Shown here one piece after another: positions 6,932-10,059 of a DNA stretch of 10,059 bases. A program made the translations under genes and the position numbers. The notes below the pieces were generated by a model. It was not told where the DNA came from. It made no database searches and was given only the letters and a program-made list of their open reading frames with translations. The DNA comes from Octopus sinensis (Eukaryota). Location of the stretch: the NCBI RefSeq assembly GCF_006345805.1, contig NW_021827604.1, positions 1 to 10,059 on the forward strand. Direction: 5' to 3'. Numbering within the stretch: the stretch's first letter is position 1; each line of letters starts with the position of its first letter.

Positions 6932-7331
6932 CTCTTTACTCTTTTACTTATATCAGTCATTTGACTGCGGCCATGCTGGAGCACCGCCTTTAGTCGAGCA
7001 AATCGACTCCGGGACATATTCTTTGTAAGCCCAGTACTTATTCTATCTGTCTCTTTTGCCGAACCGCTAAGTGACGGGAACGTAAACACACTAGCATCGG
7101 TTGTCAAGCAATGCTAGGGGGACAAACACAGACACACAAACACACACACACACATACATATATATACATATATACGACAGGCTTCTTTCAGTTTCCTGTT
7201 TACCAAATCCACTCACAAGGCTTTGGTCGGCCCGGGGCTATAGCAGAAGCACTTGCTCAAGATGCGCGCGCAGTGGGACTGAACCCGGACCATGTGGTTG
7301 GTAAACAAGCAACTTACAACCACAGCCCTCC
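6932..7331 (-). mobile_element. tRNA-derived SINE family A, copy 4 (near full length)
   Basis: Colinear with 2312-2697: head GGCTGTGGTTGTAAG...GGGTTCAGTCCCACTGC, internal TA/TG tract (about 7125-7173), GACAACCGATGCTAGTGTGTTTACG..., and 3' end GGTGCTCCAGCATGGCCGCAGTCAAATGACTGATATAAGTAAAAGAGTAAAGAG. Confidence 0.93.
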
Positions 7332-7342
7332 TCTAATATAAC

Positions 7343-7380
7343 TATATATATATATATATATATATATAGTATATTATATA

Positions 7381-7429
<49 letters not shown>

Positions 7430-7510
7430 ATATATAATATATATATGTGTGTATATATAAATAATATATATATATTTATACATGTATATACATATATATA
7501 CACACATATA
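7343..7510. repeat. Imperfect (TA)n microsatellite
   Basis: Visible TA alternation. Confidence 0.93.
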
Positions 7511-8214
7511 TGATGAAGGAAAATACCTGGGCAAATGCAATATACTTCGCTTCCAGCAGAGCCCTTCCTCGAGGGTTGTCGTGTGTACAGAAACTGCAAC
7601 AACCAAATATCGGTAGAATAAGTATAGCTAATATATATATATATATAAAAAAGAGGAAATAAAAGGGAAAAAAAAAGCAAAATTGCTTCAAAACCTATGA
7701 ACGAGAAAATACCAATCAGATATATTCCCATAGCTTGAAGAGTAAAAACAAAAAAAGAACTAACAAAAACCTTCAACGAAGCTATTTAGCAGCTAAAAAC
7801 CAATATTACTAGCAGCGAGTGATAGATGCATCAGTCATGATATGATATGAATAATAAATATATTATTGGCTCCCCGAAATCACGTTGAATGCGGCTCGAT
7901 CGGCCATTTCTTATTCTCTCCATTTTGTACCAAAAAAAAAATGATAATATTTAGAAAAATGAAGAAAATAAATTAAAAAAAACAATAATGAAAAGTGAAA
8001 ACAAAAATATAGTCGACTCAAACAATATTCACGAAATAAATGTTCTATTTTGACTAATGATTATAATATATCTGCAGATAACTAGAACGTTTTGCAGAAA
8101 TAATTATCCCGAGATGTATTAAACATTGCACGTATCATGAAGTCACATTTTTTTTTTATTCTCTTTCTTTTTCTTTCTACATTTGCGTACAAATACACAC
8201 AATATGGATGTACT

Positions 8215-8650
<436 letters not shown>

Positions 8651-8879
8651 TTGCATAGATTTATTTTCTCATAATTTCTCTGAGCTTTCAAAGTAATTTC
8701 ATGCTTCGAAGATGTTCTCTTATTATCAAGCTAGACACAGATAACTGGTTCGTTTTTAATTATTATTCCGTGGAGCTCGTTGCTTCGTCCCTTATTAACT
8801 AGCTACTTTGCTTGATTCCGTTATCATTAAGACCATTTACATCGTTATACTGTTTCCATATTCAATATTAAAATGGACG

Positions 8880-9000
8880 TATACAAACGCAAACACACGC
8901 TCGCACACACGCGAAAAAACTCACACGCACATGCACACTCACACACAAATATATATACTCAAACACACGAACTGACACATGCACACACGTATACATACAC
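8880..9000. repeat. Degenerate (CA)n-rich low-complexity tract
   Basis: acacgc/acacac variants. Confidence 0.75.
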
Positions 9001-9303
9001 CTAGATCTTTCTATGCAGAGACATACATTCATATAGATTACGATCAGTAAACATTGAGACACATATCGAGCAAGTGAGATATATCTGCATATATAATGTT
9101 GTATATATAAATTACACACACACACAAACACACACTTACATGTATGTATGTATTTGTGTATATTATGGTTCTAGTATATGTACGTAAATTTTTCAATCAG
9201 TGTATATACAGACACATACAAACGCACCATATAACCAATAATATATTAATATATTCCCCCGCATTAAATATATTCATGTCCATAAAAATAGAGAAATTTT
9301 AAC

Positions 9304-9475
9304 TATATATATATATAATATCTGAGTATGTGTGTAAGCGTATGTGTGTATATATATACATATCAATATATATATATATATAATATATATATATATAGAT
9401 AATTATATAACATACACACATATCTATCTCTGAGTATGTGTGTATACGTATGCGTGTCTATATATACATATATAA

Positions 9476-9531
<56 letters not shown>

Positions 9532-9993
9532 ATTATATATATATATATACATATATATACATATATATGTATATACATGTATATATACATATATTTACAC
9601 ATACATACATGTGTATGTATTATGTATGTATATATGTATGTATATATATATGTATGTATATATGTATGTATATACATATATGCGGTGTGTTTGCATGTAT
9701 GTGCGTATGAAACATACTTGCATTTTTATAAATGAATGTATATCTATATAAATATATATAATACACACACACAAACACACACACAAAAACACGCACACAC
9801 ACCCACACTCTACGCATGCACGTACATATGAGTATCTATCTATCTATCAATATCTATCTATATATACATATATGTTTATATATATATATGTGTGTGTGTA
9901 TATATATATAAATATATATCTATATATAAATATATATACATATATATATGTGTGTGTGTTGTGTATATATGTATAAATATATATATAAAATAA

Positions 9994-10054
<61 letters not shown>

Positions 10055-10059
10055 TATAT
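9304..10059. repeat. Compound (TA)n/(TATG)n/(CA)n/(TATC)n low-complexity field running off the window end
   Basis: Direct reading. Source of all ORFs beyond 9300. Confidence 0.92.

Noticed and set aside
7515-7630. Fragments resembling SINE A (ACCTGGGCAAATG, CAGAAACTG, GGTAGAATAAGTA)
   Set aside because: The matches are short and their spacing does not fit the family; not supportable by eye.

Overview
AT-rich, non-coding eukaryotic DNA dominated by microsatellites ((TA)n, (TG)n, (TTA)n, (GATA)n) and short retroposons. The SINE families look like cephalopod (Octopus-type) repeats; this is recognition from memory, not a database result. No intact gene is present, and almost all ORFs in the track are translated microsatellites. 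Supported features: a frameshifted Penelope-like (PLE) reverse transcriptase relic (794-1420, +); four copies of one tRNA-derived SINE family (two near full length); a second tRNA-derived SINE; two further decayed tRNA-like heads; and an (AAT)n-tailed interspersed repeat. The most interesting signal is a complete minimal type I hammerhead ribozyme on the minus strand (4766-4811). It has the ACGU-palindrome (dimer-type) architecture known from PLEs and sits in a short non-coding element that may once have carried a tRNA-derived head.
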